Below, piece by piece: positions 37,251 through 50,619 of a DNA stretch of 64,000 nucleotides (the first letter of the stretch is position 1; each line of letters starts with the position of its first letter). The notes under the pieces are model-generated. The model was not told the DNA's origin. It saw only the letters and a list, made by a program, of their open reading frames with translations, and did no database searches. Location: contig OZ024740.1 of the NCBI GenBank assembly GCA_964016885.1, forward strand, positions 71,424,001 through 71,488,000. Direction: 5' to 3'. Position numbers and translations under genes: made by a program. The DNA is from Eledone cirrhosa (lineage: Eukaryota).

Positions 37251-38819
37251 GGTTGATGGTTATTTATATTTACAATGTTGTTGAGTGTGTATAGTTTATA
37301 ATAAGGCTTGCTTAAATGATTATGTTCACTACACTTTTATATTGATATTTTATAGCTCTATCTGTTACTCATGAGGTTCTCCAATACTATTTCTTGCTAT
37401 TAATTTTAATATCATACACTCCTATTGTAGATGAACATCATTCATTTATTAACATGAGGATAGTGGCAATCTAGTCTCTGCTTCAACAACATCCAGACAT
37501 ATACACTACACAATTAAAACACTCAGTCACTATGCTAGACAACCTCACATGTAATAACCTTACCAAAACTCCATTTCAAAGAGTAGGCTGATCTTCAAGG
37601 CCTGAAAATATTCCTGCTCTGACCAAATTTTGACTTACTACAATGCTCACATATCAAGAAAGAACAGTCGAAAAAAATATGATTGACTGTTTAGCAATAA
37701 ATCCCTCATAGATAGGCTGTTTCTTCTCTCTGCTTTTTCCACTACTACAAAGTCTGCTAATTTTAACTTGCTAACAATGTACTCTCTCCATCCAACACTT
37801 TCATTTCTGCTATGTCTTTTCCCCTAATTACTAAACAAAGTCATTTTTCCTCAAAATAGAATTACAATACCAGAATTCTTTCCTCTACCAACCTGTTTTT
37901 AATTAATGTTGACCTACAATAAAAAATGAACTAAACATTAACTGCATCAGTCTCACCAGTCGGAGAGAGACTACAAAGTTGATGGGCTCTTCTTTCTCTC
38001 AGTTAAAGTAATTAAAAAAACAATTAGCTATGACTCAAACAATATAGTATTGACTGGATGCCTGAATTAACAAATGGCACCCGAATCTGCCAAACTTGAA
38101 TTCGTTCTTCATTCTTCTCGACAGATCGCTTGATCAAATATTGTTATTCCTTTCACAACTCATAGAGGTCCAAACATAAAACTAATGCTTAATACCATAG
38201 TGTTAAAGAAGATGAGTCTTCATGTAAATTTACTATATGTAAAACATTGTACCTATTTCCCACAGCTGGGAGAACTGGAGCTAAGCAGAGAATTGTATTA
38301 ACAAAGAACCTGAAGTCAATTAAATACCATATCAATCTACCATGTAATATACTAGGGTTGTTGCATTTTCGTGGCCATATTTCCAATGAAATACACTCTA
38401 TTTCATTTAATTAATGAAGCATTTAGAGGGATTTACTAAGATAGTAACTTAATATGGTTTTTAAAGAAATTATTTTGGAAGGAAATCATTTAAATGGGTG
38501 GTTTTGTTTTATAGAACTAAACTGGTATCAAAAGGGTGAATGCTTTGGTATTTCAATAAATTCCTCCTGTAAAAAGAAATTAGTCTTTTCAAACTGTAGG
38601 TGCCTCTACGCAGTTGTTCAATCTGCTGAAATTAGCAGCCAAATCTCCTTAAAATTACACCTTAGCATGTCTTAAAAAAAAAGATTTTAATTATGACCAT
38701 AAGAAAAAGATGGAATTGTCACAGTTGGAATGTATGACCAAGATTGCTTTAGGTATAAACAAGTTAGTTTTGTTTATAATAAAAAAAAAAATACATTTTC
38801 AGTTATAGATCTTGTAGAT

Positions 38820-39075
38820 AAGTAGTTTATTTCAGAAGCACATGGTTTGGGGTTTAATCCCACTGTTAGGCACCTTAGGCCAATGTCTTCTATTATAGTT
38901 TCAGGTTGACCATTGTAAGTGAAATTTTGTTGATGAAAACTAGGGAATCCCAATGTATATGTATGTGTACATTTACTGTTTGTTTATGTTCAGCAACTTA
39001 GCAACCTAACAAATGAAGATTGATAAAATAAATACCAGACTAGAAAAAATATTTATCCCCAACATGGCCACAGTC
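38820..39075 (+). mobile_element. Decayed SINE family B
   Basis: GGTTTAATCCCACTG..GGCACCTTAGGC..TGTCTTCTA..GATAAAATAAATACCAG. Confidence 0.6.
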
Positions 39076-39117
39076 TAATGACCCAAAAAATTATGCATAC
39101 ACACAAATTGTAAATAA

Positions 39118-40290
39118 TCTATATATAATATAAAAGAGAGATGTTTATTGGTTGGTTGAATCACGAAAACCAGCCACATCTCAAGAGAGAGAAACTCAGA
39201 GGGAAAGGCAGAAAGAAAGAGATAGGCAGTTATACAGAAAGATAGATACAATTAGTGTTAGATATTCAGAGAGAGAGAAAGAGTAATGTCCCACAAAAGT
39301 CTAGAAACGGCTTAAACTGTAGGTCAAAGGATCTATAGGAAGGTCTAACATTATTGTGTTAGCTTTTATAATATCTTTAGAGGGATCAGATGCTGTTTAC
39401 TTGAGAGAAGACTACGTTGGTACAGTCACGTGATGTGCATGAAAGACGACAGCTGCATAAAAAAAGTGCAGGGCGATCAAAATTGATGGTGGTTACGGAG
39501 TAGGTAGACCATGAAATACCTGGGATGATCTAATAAATTCCGACTTCACACACTTACATCTCTCTAAGACAATGTCTCTGGACCGAGATCTTTGGTGCTA
39601 CGCAGTAATACAGAAGACCCGCCCTGTCTATGTACAAAGCGAAACCTACAGTCAGTAGGCACCTATTAACCAAATATACACCCCAATCCACTACCCTTAC
39701 CCTATCCTCCTACTCCCACCAACAGCACGAGATAATGAGATCGAGATCGTGTAGGTGTCACGACAAAAAACACACAGTCCACGCTGTAATGTGGCCGTGT
39801 AGGTAACACGGTAAAAACCTCCCAGTTCCACACTGTAAATGTGGTTGGTGTTAGGAAGGGCATCCAGCCGTAGAAAACCTGCCAGATAGTCCTATATGCA
39901 CGAGACACGGTCATCTGACCAGCCTTGCCTCAAGTGGAACAACTCCCGTCTAACCCATGCTAGCGTGGAAAATGGACGTTAAACGAAGATGATGATGATG
40001 ATGAAAGTCGTTTAACAGGCTTTGATTTTACAGAACAAAGAAAAATTGATACCATTTTTAATTAATCTACCCTCCAGCTTTTATGCATATACTACTTACA
40101 GACCGTACGAATGAAGCTAAACACTTCGGAAGCAATGTTATGCGGTATATTGCTGTGTTTCAGATGACGTCCTTTGTAGCTGAAAAAGATCATACTGACT
40201 ATGGTTATTTCACAACATTTAAAATCCAAGGCCAATGCTACGATTTAATCGGTAGTTTACTCCCCCAATCTAATAAGGAAGTTTTATGAT
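39118..40290 (+). mobile_element. Helitron remnant interrupted by an RTE fragment
   Basis: A|TCTATATATAATATAAAA 5' end; 40083-40289 encodes KHFGSNVMRYIAVFQMTSF...TFKIQGQCYDLIGSLLP, a Helitron Rep/helicase N-terminal motif. Linking the two parts is inference. Confidence 0.6.
39400..40003 (+). mobile_element. RTE 3' fragment with (GAT)n tail
   Basis: RRLRWYSHVMCMKDDSCIKKVQ..DGGYGVGRP matches 49510-49750, followed by the family 3' UTR. Confidence 0.85.
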
Positions 40291-40896
40291 TGTTTTTTTT
40301 ATGTCTCACTCACACACACACATTACAGTCTCACCTATTACCAGAAACATCGAATACAGTTGTTTTCTCTTTTATTCGTCTTCTCTTAACGCCCACTTTC
40401 AGAACCTCTGGGTTAGACAGATTGTCACACACTGAGGCTAGATAGGCAGGTCAGACAGCTGTGTCTTGCTCATACATTCCATTTTGACATGGTTTCTATA
40501 GCTAATGCCAACTACTTCACAGCCTCTACTGGATTCATTTTCTATTTGCACCACCACTACTCCCTGACAGGTTGGACTGGGTGCTTTTCTTGTGATACCA
40601 GCAATTTACTTTGATAATAATGATGATAATACGTAAAGTAGTCAGTTTTCAGCTCAGTAAAATTGTCCCTTGGTTTCCAATGGTTTATGTTTGAGTTCAA
40701 ATTTTCTTGTGCTTGCCATATTAGTGTCAATAATAGGGTGCATGTGTCTGCGGAATGCTCAGTTTCTTACACATTAATTTTTATGAGCAAAGCAGTTCCA
40801 TTGATTGAATCAACTGGAGCACTTGTCATTGGAAATGACAGATGTCCAACAACATTTATGTATGTCACTAAGAATTTGCCTTAAGTGAATGGGTAA

Positions 40897-41042
40897 ATCA
40901 ATCATGGGCAAACTGTGGCCCATGGGCCTTCTGAATGGCACACCTAATTTCTAAATTGCCTTGAATTTTTTAGTAGTGGAACCCTCATTATAATGAGCCA
41001 TAACCTCTGTGACCCACTGATTGTAAAAGTTGCCCATGCCTG
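40897..41042. mobile_element. hAT-like MITE
   Basis: CAATCATGGGCAAACTGTGGCCC ... AAAAGTTGCCCATGCCTG inverted termini. Confidence 0.6.
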
Positions 41043-42699
41043 GTGTAGATGCATCTATAGATAAACAAAAATGTGTAGACACATGCTGATACACAACCCA
41101 TGTCAGCATGTAGAAATAAATGTATCATATGAGGGTATGTTTGTCTGCATATTTCTTTTACTGATAGAAAACATTTAATCATTTTTAAGATACAGTGGTA
41201 TTAAAGTGTCAGGGGAAAATATAATTTGGTGTAACTTTGAAACTTAACTACCAACAGCAAAACCTAATAAATAATACCAAGTTTAAATGTCTGAATTTTG
41301 TTTCAAATTATAAATCACCTGGAATAAGGAATGCAGTAATAAAAGAAGAAAAAAACTTGTTTAAACTAGTTTGTTTCTCTGACATTTCACATGAAGGCAA
41401 GAGCAGTAGAGGTTAGACACAATACTAATTACTCATAAATCATGAGTTCAGTATTATGTGTATGACACTAACTTCTTGTTTCAAGGATCACCTCTGGGCG
41501 CTGTTCTTGATAAAGGACCAGAAGAGTTACTTCTCCACTCACTAGAACAAAAGTCTATCTTTGCTTGGAGTTGAGAGCATTTACATTATCTAGAAGCATA
41601 ATGCAATTTCATTACTCGATATTCGGTTTGTCATTACAGTTCATTTTACTTCACATTCATTGCTAATGCGCATAAGAAAGTCATGGGTGTTTCACAAACT
41701 TATTGCCGGGTTTGCCCTGCTTTCCAGAAATTGGGGCTCATACCAACCATTAGCAGAAGTTGGGTCGGTTGCTCTGGTTTGAGTACCAACTCTCAGTAGC
41801 AGGAAGCACACTTTAAATGAGACTATTGTGATACTACTTTCCTGACAATATTCAAGTTGTACACTCTTTTTTAGAAGATAATGTTTGTTGCTGTCCAATT
41901 ATCTGATCGAATTCTTAAATTCTCTGACTCCACAATTACTGAAACTCAAGATTGGCTACATTGATTGTCCTGCTGTTGCATAATCATTCTTAATGGACCT
42001 CCTTTGTTTCCAATAAGTGCTGCCATTGATTCAATCAACAGAACTGTCTCCTTATAAAATTAATGTGTATCTGTTAGCATGGAAAATGGACATTAAACAG
42101 TGATGATGATGTGGTTGAGCATTTCATAACACGTGCATAAACCCATAACATAGTTTTCAGGGAAATTCAGCATAATACAATGTAAGATTAGGCTCTTGAA
42201 TTACATGTACAATTCATTTTTGCCAGCTGGGCGAACTGGAACAATGCGAAATAAAGTTTCTCGCTAGTCAGGGTATTGAACTCACGTCAAACACACTAAC
42301 CACTTAGCCACTTGCTTTTCACATTGCAGAAAAAAGATTTCCTGACTGGCACCCTTGTGTTAGTAATGTCCCTCAATGTCCTATACATTTGTGAAATGAT
42401 ACTAAGTGGAAGTAAGAAAGGAGGGGAAATGTTATCAAGTAATACAAATCTTCCCATAATTCTTGCATTTACCGTGACCATCAACTAAGAGTCATTTAAT
42501 CAAGCTGGTATTTTTTTTACTTTCACCTGTTTTTAAGTAGCTTTGTTTTAACATCCTGTAATGTAATGATTTAGCAGAAAATATGTAAAAATGGGTTTGT
42601 TAATACAAATATTTTCAGTAATGTGTACAGTTCTTTACTAGTGGGCAGATTGTTGGGAAATTTACTGTATTATGGTAAAGACTTAATTTTTTAATGCAA

Positions 42700-43100
42700 T
42701 GCAATGATAGAGCTGAATCCTACACCAAGATGTTACATGTGGTGTTCAACATTTCATGGCAAAATCACACTACTAACAAAGTTCTTTATGGTGATCTGCC
42801 ATGAGTTTCATTGAAAGTTCGATCCCGTCATTTGGCTCTTGCTGGTCCTGTTTCCCTCCATGATTAACCTGCAGGGAAACTGCTTCTCTGACCATCAGAT
42901 GCAAAGCGCCAAGTAGGACATCCAAACATAACCACCAGGACACTGTTGGCAAGGGAACACGGGTCTCACTGGTCGGGATCTTCTTGCTGAAATGAGAAAT
43001 TGGAAAGTCTGCAACAAGAACTTTGTGCATGCTTCACTTTTGATGGAGGAATGACTCAAGAAGAAGGGCAGATGAATGCCTTGTTAATGTGGTCTCTAAG
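42700..43100 (+). mobile_element. Decayed RTE-like C-terminal fragment
   Basis: KVRSRHLALAG...AGKLLL*PSDAKRQVGHP resembles the RRLxxAGH..LLW.P...R.GRP pattern. Confidence 0.55.
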
Positions 43101-43899
43101 AGTTAAACAGACCAAGAAAAAATTACTATCTTAATATACTGATAAATAGTAATAATGGAAACAAAGGAAATCTTTATGGGAATTGCTGTTTTACTATGAA
43201 TATTGTGATAAAAGAATTTCTGGAATTATGGTGATTACATATAAATCTTTCAATCTTTTGTAATGTTTTTGTAAATATAGTTTCACCATTATAATTATAT
43301 TATTAAACCATTCAGTGAGCCAGTAAAGAATGTTATAAGGGGTGGGGAGCTGTCATTTTTAATGTTACAAGTGGCTATGTGCTTATATATTTTTGCACTA
43401 TTACATTTATAGTTTATTGACAATTTTTTATTATTAAATACAAAGTGAAGTTTTTAGGTAATGAATTTATCAATAACTTCACCCAGCATTTTGAACAGAT
43501 ACACCATTCCCTATCATTAATAAAAATAGTAATCTTCTAATGCATGCAAGTGTGGAAAAATAGACATTAAACAGTGATGATGATGATGATATATATATAT
43601 ATCATCATCATCATCATTTAATGCCTATTTTCCATGCTTGCTTGGGTTAGATGGGTTGGTCCATTTAAGGCAAGTTGAGTCAGGTGACTGTATCATGCTC
43701 ATACAGAACTGTTTCTGGCTTGGTTTCTATGGCTGGGTGTTTTTTTGTCATGCACCAAAATGACCACTTAATAGTGTGGATGGGATACTGGAGCAGCGGG
43801 TGTAAAGGCATGGGAGAAGGCTCGTGTGATCAGGATGTGGGTGAGTTGTATCGAAGGGAGAGGGAAGATAACAGTTAATTGATGTATACTAGATGTATG

Positions 43900-45096
43900 C
43901 TTCAGTCCGTGCTCATGGGAAGGTGGGTCTTCTGCATAACATCAAAGATCTCAATCCTGTGTCATTGCCTTTGGGAGGTGCTATTGTTTAAGTTCAGCTT
44001 TTATCACCTCATCCTAGGCCTTCCTAAGTCTTCCGTCAACTTTGATTGCCCTTTTTATACAGCTGTCATCCTTCTTACCAATGCAATCTCCTCTTGCACA
44101 CTGCATCTGATCCCTCTTCTACCCAATTTTTTTCTCAGTTCAGTTACGATTCGCCTTTTGTATATATTACTATTACACATCCAATCTTCGCAGGTCCTCT
44201 GCACACAGCACCCAAGTCTCACTACCATGTAACATTGCTGTTCGTATACATGCATCATACAATCTGTCCTTCATTTTGAAGGAAAAACCTTTTGTAGTTA
44301 TTGTACTTTTGGAACATCCTCCTGCACTGCTAATTTGCTCACCCAGGTAACAAACTGTTGACTATTTCTACAAAGCCCTCTGGGCATTTGAAAGAATTAG
44401 TAACCTGTGGGCTCTTCCTATGTACTGCACATGTGCACCGGTCGCATAAAAAAAAACGTTCTTTGATAACCTGCCCGTAACCATAGCTTGTATTTGGGAC
44501 AGAGGATAGAATTTCTACCTACTCCTTTCCTGCACACTGAGCAAGGCTATTTCTCTGAGGGAATCAGGGCCATGATATCCTTTCTACATACTAGGATTTT
44601 AAGACCTTTTGATTCTAAGACATGCTTCCAGCTTTGGATTTTCTTCTCTAACTCTGCCATAGATTCAGCTATAAGTGTTAGATCATCTGCTTACAGAAGT
44701 TCCCTTGGGCTGCCAGTCTTAAACTCTTCTGTTATAGCCTGTAGGGCGATAATAAACAAGAGATGGCTAAGGACGGAGCACTGATGGACATCTACCTGCA
44801 TGCTAAATTCTTCACTGTAGTCACCGTTAATTATAACCTTGCTGATTTTTCCTCTATACATGGCTTGTGCAGCGTTCACAAACCACTCATCTACTCCTAG
44901 TTTTCTGAGAGCCCGCCAGATAATGGAACGGGACTCTGTCAAAGGCTTTCTCCAGGTCAACAAAAGCTGTGTAGAAGGCTTTACTTTTAGCTAGGTACTT
45001 CTCCTGCAGTTGTCTCACAAGGAAGAGAGCATCCGTGGTACTTTTACCTGGTACAAATCCAAACTGCATTTCATCAAAGTTAATCAACTGTGCCAA
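43900..45096 (-). mobile_element. Decayed RTE copy (PHD-RT family) in 4E-BP intron 1
   Basis: INFDEMQFGFVPGKSTTDALFLVRQLQEKYLAK..DLEKAFDRVP, IWRALRKLGVDEW; homologous to 48396-49751. Confidence 0.9.
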
Positions 45097-45309
45097 TTGG
45101 GGTGAAGTAGTTGTGTCGTATCATTGCTGAGATGCAAGTTTGATTTTTATAGTGGGCAGGGATAGTATGATGAACAAGCCTTGGGTGGATTTTACAGTTG
45201 ATGCTAACATCATTTGGCATGGTATTGATGGAATATTTTCCCCATCATACAAATGATGTAGCGCTCATGGTAGCATTGGGGAAAGTAGTTTGAGTTTTTC
45301 TAGTTCACC

Positions 45310-45500
45310 CTAATAGTCACAGCCTGTCACACTGCCTATTTTTTTCGTAATTGACCTCTGGGGTGTTTCAATTTTCATAATACTCTTGTTTCGTATGAGG
45401 AAGCCACAGTGGACAACACAGTATTCAAGGTGAGGCGGGGCAACGGTAGAGTAAGAAGATAGTGTGAATTTCTCAAAACCGGAAAGTTCTGAGGATCCAA
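45310..45500 (-). mobile_element. CR1-like RT fragment
   Basis: PHLEYCVVH...IETPQRSITKKIGSV. Confidence 0.65.
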
Positions 45501-46025
45501 GAATGCATCCTGTAATCCTAGTCAACTTTGGTATTTGAGTATTTCAGCTTAATTACTATAAGTTCTCGAGAGTTGTTTAGAAGTCAAAACCTGGCTTATA
45601 GCTAGTCACATTTTACTGAGACCTTAAAAACGCAAACAAGAAACATTGACTAAAGGCAAAATAATATGAGATGAATAGATTGCATATATCTAAGCTAAAA
45701 TTGCTTATATAGCTGTTCCTCTTTCCAAAGCAGATATGAATGATATCTTTTTTTTTATTTATTTATTTTTTTACCTAGACTACTTATAGAAAAATATTTG
45801 TTGACTGAAATATGACGTAAACAATAAATGCAAGATGAGCCAAATATATGATAAATCTTTCCTGTGTAAGAAGGTTCTAATCAAGGTTATCTTTGTAGTT
45901 AACCATGGTTAGATATTAAGTGACTTGCTTATTAACACCTTCATGAGAAATATGAATGCATGCACTACATGACAAAAATATATTGTGGGATATTACATGC
46001 TAATATTTAATTAAATTTATTACAA

Positions 46026-46487
46026 CTAGCAGAAAAACCACCCTTCGGGTGGTTTTCTGCTAACATGTGTAGTGTGTATATTGATATTATACGCAGGTAT
46101 ATATACATGTAGATATGATACATCAAATAAAATCGTAATTGACAATATATAATACATAGAAATTAAACGAAGACTGCGTTACACTGTCTTAAGTAATCAG
46201 TAACGTAATCCATGATACATTAAAAAAAGACGATATTATAAACTGCATTAGGAGAAAATTAGTGTGTTTATTTAAGCGATGGCCAACCGGAAGTATTGAC
46301 ATTTCAGAAATTTTAAAGAAGTGAATCTTTAAATAAACAAAATATATTTAATCAACAGCCACGAAATTTAGTAGATAAATTATGTAATATTCATTCATTA
46401 TTTATTCAAAGTAATCCAACTTATTTTACAAACGGGATAAAAAAAAATAAACCGTACGCAATCCCACAGACCTTCCTTTATTATAGA
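46026..46487 (-). mobile_element. Non-autonomous Helitron
   Basis: The minus strand reads A|TCTATAATAAAGG ... TAGCAGAAAACCACCCGAAGGGTGGTTTTTCTGCTAG|T: TC start, terminal hairpin, CTAG end and A|T target. Confidence 0.85.
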
Positions 46488-46552
46488 TTTGACAGGTTAT
46501 ATGACACCCATTCATGCATAACTTATGTTGTTAATGCATTTATTTTTTGTAG

Positions 46553-46720
46553 GTACCAGAATATTCTATGACCGAGCATTTCTACTGCAGTGCCGTAATT
46601 CTCCATTGGCTAAAAGCCCTCCTGCAAATATGGCCCATATTCCTGGGATAACAATGCCTGGAGAAGTTCAGATGCCTAGTAATCAGCATTCAACAATTGA
46701 GGAAGAGAAAGGTACTAAAG
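46553..46720 (+). CDS. EIF4EBP: 4E-BP coding exon 2 (eIF4E-binding motif)
   Basis: Acceptor TTTTTTGTAG|; (G)[28 protein letters not shown]; donor G|GTAAGT; phase 1-1. Confidence 0.95.
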
Positions 46721-47994
46721 GTAAGTGGACATATCTACATCTAATAAGCTTTCTTTATGTATAGAAGCAATTGTACATCACAAAACATGATGTTTTCCCT
46801 CAAGAAAGACATCTTGCTTTAATAACCCCTCCCCCCAAAACCAAAATACTTGCAGATAGTAATAACAAACAATAAGAAGGATCCAAGCTTACTGAAGTAT
46901 AAAATGTGGCAACATGTGCAAGCAAAATAGCTTCTACAACTTATTAGCTACAACAGAGGCATTGATAGACATTGCATTCTTGCTGGCTGCTTGTCAATTA
47001 ATATATCTTATCACTGATACTATTGTCACTATTAATAACCTAATTGTTATTTGAAAGATATCTCGATTTTGTTAGATACAACAAAACAGGACTTCAGTGA
47101 CTCACAGGAAAAACTATACCTATATCAAGCATTCATCATAAAACAAAGTTATATTCATGGGGTATAGGATCGGCTTCTTTGCAATATATATATATATATC
47201 ATACTTGTCATATTTTTAGCAGGTTTTTTCTGACTGGATTCCCTTCCTATCACCAACCACTTTACAATGTGGACGCATTATTCATGCCACCAGCACTAGA
47301 GAGGTTGTTTAACTGGACTCTAGTCCCCTCCAACTTGTGTCAGTTTTTATTTGGAGTGTCTATTCTTCTAGACGGATTGCTTTCACTACGGTTTACAGAG
47401 CCCATCTCTGCTCCATGCAGTCGCTTTTAATTGGAGTCACTGCTCTTTTAGACTGGCTGCTGTCACCATGGTTTGCAGAGTCCACGTCAGCCTCATGCAG
47501 TCATTTTTAATTAGAATCACTGCTCTCCTAGACTTTCATTTCAAGTGCGGGGTCCATGTCTGACCCAAGAGATCATTTGTAATTTGGTATTTCTCCCATT
47601 CCAGGTGATTTGCCGTCTCAATAGCTTACAAAGCTTAGCAATCATAATCTTACTTATCTCTGAGCAAATCAACATTGGTGGTGTAGGAGGGTAAATGTGA
47701 AGGTGTGAAAAGCAACAGGTGGGAAGGTGGTGGAAAGGAAGAGTGCAGGGCCATGTTTGCCGAACAGCAAACTGGCACATAGTAGATAGGGGGTGGGTGG
47801 GAACTGTGCGGAGATGCTAGAGCAAAAGGTGACTGAGAAAGCCAGCGTGTTTGCGTTGTGTGATGGCAACATGAATGAAGGGGAAGGGAAACAACCGGTC
47901 AATGTAGTAAAATGTGGCTCTTAAACATCGTAATAAAAACAACATAGTTAATTCAGAAAAATGGAGAGGACTAGAGAAACTCAGTTTATCTGAT

Positions 47995-48232
47995 TGCCAT
48001 GGGAACATCTCTATGCAGATGATTTGGTCCTTATAACCGAATCCATAAAAGAACTAGAAAATAAGTTCCGATATTGGAAACAGAATTTGGAATCCAAAGG
48101 TCTTGAGAGTAGACTTAACCAAAACTAAAGTGTTAGTGAGTAGGAGAGAAGATAGGATCCTGATTCCTACAGGGAAGTGACCCTGCAAAATATGCAGAAA
48201 GGGAGTAGACATAAACTCCATATGATATACAC
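47995..48232 (+). mobile_element. Older RTE RT fragment
   Basis: PWEHLYADDLVLITESIKELENKF..WKQNLESKGL..PCKICRKGV. Confidence 0.85.
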
Positions 48233-50610
48233 CAGGGGCGTGCAATAGGTGGCCCGTGGGTCACAATCTGGCCCGCGATGGCCGTTTTTAATTTTTACCT
48301 TGTAGGCTTAAGAATTTTTTCGTAACCGTAATACAATTTTCTGTTAGTTCACCTATACTAAAGGACTTCACTTTCTTTTATATTATATATATAGGGTGAA
48401 TATAGACGAGATGCAATTTGGGTTTGTTCCAGGGAAAGGCACCACTGATGCGCTCTTCCTTGTGAGGCAATTACAGGAAAAGTACCTAGCTAAAAGTAAG
48501 CCACTCTACTTGGCATTTGTCGACCTTGAGAAAGCCTTTGACAGAGTTCCACGTGCAGTAATCTGGTGGGCTCTTAGAAAACTAGGAGTAGATGAATGGC
48601 TTGTGAAAGCGGTACAAGCCATGTATAGGGGAGCAGTCAGCAAAGTTAGGATTGGCAATGAGTATAGCGAGGAATTTAGCGTACAGGTTGGGGTCCACCA
48701 GGGCTCTGTTCTTAGCCCTCTCCTGTTCATCATAGTCCTGCAGGCAATAACGGAGGAGTTTAAGACCGGATGCCCATGGGAACTCCTGTATGCTGATGAC
48801 CTCGCACTCATAGCTGAATCTATGGTAGAACTAGAGAATAAATTCCAAACCTGGAAGCAGGGACTAGAGAGAAAGGGCCTCAAAGTCAACATGACAAAGA
48901 CTAAGGTCCTTATAAGTAGACGAGAAAACAGAACCCAGATCCCCTCAGGGAAATGGCCTTGCTCAGTATGTAGGAAAGGTGTAGGTAGGAACTCCATTCT
49001 TTGCCCCAAATGCAAACAATGGGTACACAAGAGATGTAGCGGGATCTCAGGAAGCTTAATTAAGAATGTAGGATTCACATGCAGCAGCTGTGCTGAAACA
49101 GCAAGCAAACAGCCACAGGAAACAAGTACCACCAATCTCTGGGAGGGCCCTGTAGAAACAGTAGACAGCTTCTGCTACCTAGGTGACCGAATTAGCAACG
49201 GAGGTGGGTGCTCAGAAAGTACAATAACTAGGGTAAGAACGGGATGGAAGAAGTTTAGGGAACTACTACCACTGCTAGCTGCAAAAGGCTTCTCCCTCAG
49301 AATGAAAGGCAGACTGTATGATGCGTGTATCCGAACAGCGATGTTGCATGGTAGTGAGACCTGGGCGCTGAAGGTGGAAGACTTACGTAGATTAGAGAGA
49401 AACGAAGCCTGCATGCTCCGATGGATGTGTAACAGTAATATACGTGAACGACAAAGCATAAATGAATTGAGAGAGAGACTGAGCATAAGAGGAATCAAAT
49501 GCTGCGTGCAGGAGAGGCGGTTACGCTGGTATGGACATGTGATGCGTATGAAGGATGACAGCTGCATAAAAAGGTGCAGAGCACTAGAAGTTGATGGAAA
49601 CCGCGGAGTGGGGAGACCCAAGATGACTTGGGATGAGGTGATAAAAGCCGACCTTACCCAACTACACCTCTCAAAGTCAATGACACACGACCGTGACTTC
49701 TGGCGTCACGCAGTAATACAGGGTACCCGACCTCCCATGGGTACATGCTGAAGCATATAAACAATATGCCCCCCCCCCCCACCGCAAGGTGGTCGTGGAG
49801 GTGCCACGGCAAAAAAGCACCCAGCCCACACTGTAAAGTGGACGTGTAGGCGCCACGAAAAAGCACCCAGCACTCACTGTAAATGAGGTTGGTGTTAGGA
49901 AGGGCATCCAGCTGTAGAAATCAAGCCAGATCAGTTCCTGTATGAGCAAGGCATGGTCAGCCGACCAGACACTGCCCACAACAGGACAACCCGTCTAACC
50001 CATGCTAGCGTGGAAGAACGGACGTAAAACGGTGATGATGATGATGATAGTAACCTAATGTTGTGTGCATTAAAAAGTACTTAATACCGTTGGTTCTTAG
50101 CTACGACTTCGTATATATTTAATTCTCCATCGGCCTCACAGTTAACACCGCTTTATCTTCAAGCTGTTTTCTCAGCCATTTGACATGGCACTTGAAGTGA
50201 CAGTCCTGATTATTTCCAAATGAAGCTGATAGATTTGCAATCTTATATGGACTTGAGAAGAGCATTTGATAACAATGATTTGCTAACTTTCTACAAAAAT
50301 TATGTATGTGGTAATCATCCAAATTTGGAGCAATATGCTAGGAAAATGACATCCCTTTTTGGCAGTACATATTGTTGTGAGCAGTTCTTTTCAAGAATGA
50401 AATTTACTAGAAATAGATACCGAAGTCAGCTCACAAATGAGCATCTGACCAGTCAGCTTCGAGTTGCCACTACATCAGTCAAACCAGACATTGATAAATT
50501 GTGCAAAAACACCAAATACCAAGTCTCACATTAATAAAACTAAATTATATTTTATTTGTCTTTATTCTTTAAAAAATGTATTCACAATGTATTTATGACT
50601 CAATTCACTG
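48233..50610 (+). mobile_element. hAT (Charlie/SPIN/Buster-type) remnant interrupted by a young RTE
   Basis: 5' CAGGGGCGTGCAATAGGTGGCCCG..TCTGGCCCGC; 50220-50534 encodes LIDLQS...SLFGSTYCCEQFFSRMK..RSQLTNEHL..LRVATT..QVSH (hAT dimerisation domain). No 3' TIR seen. Confidence 0.75.
48396..50048 (+). mobile_element. Young 5'-truncated RTE (open 451-aa RT with PHD-like insertion; (GAT)n tail)
   Basis: QFGFVPG, DLEKAFD, GVHQGSVLSP, LLYADDL, C4HC3 finger, FCYLGD, RRLRWYGHV; stop at 49751. Confidence 0.92.
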
Positions 50611-50619
50611 GTTTTGAGC

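Noticed and set aside
50220-50534. hAT ORF as a domesticated GTF2IRD2/ZBED exon
   Set aside because: Only the C-terminal piece, intronic, with a TIR-like 5' end and a TE interruption.
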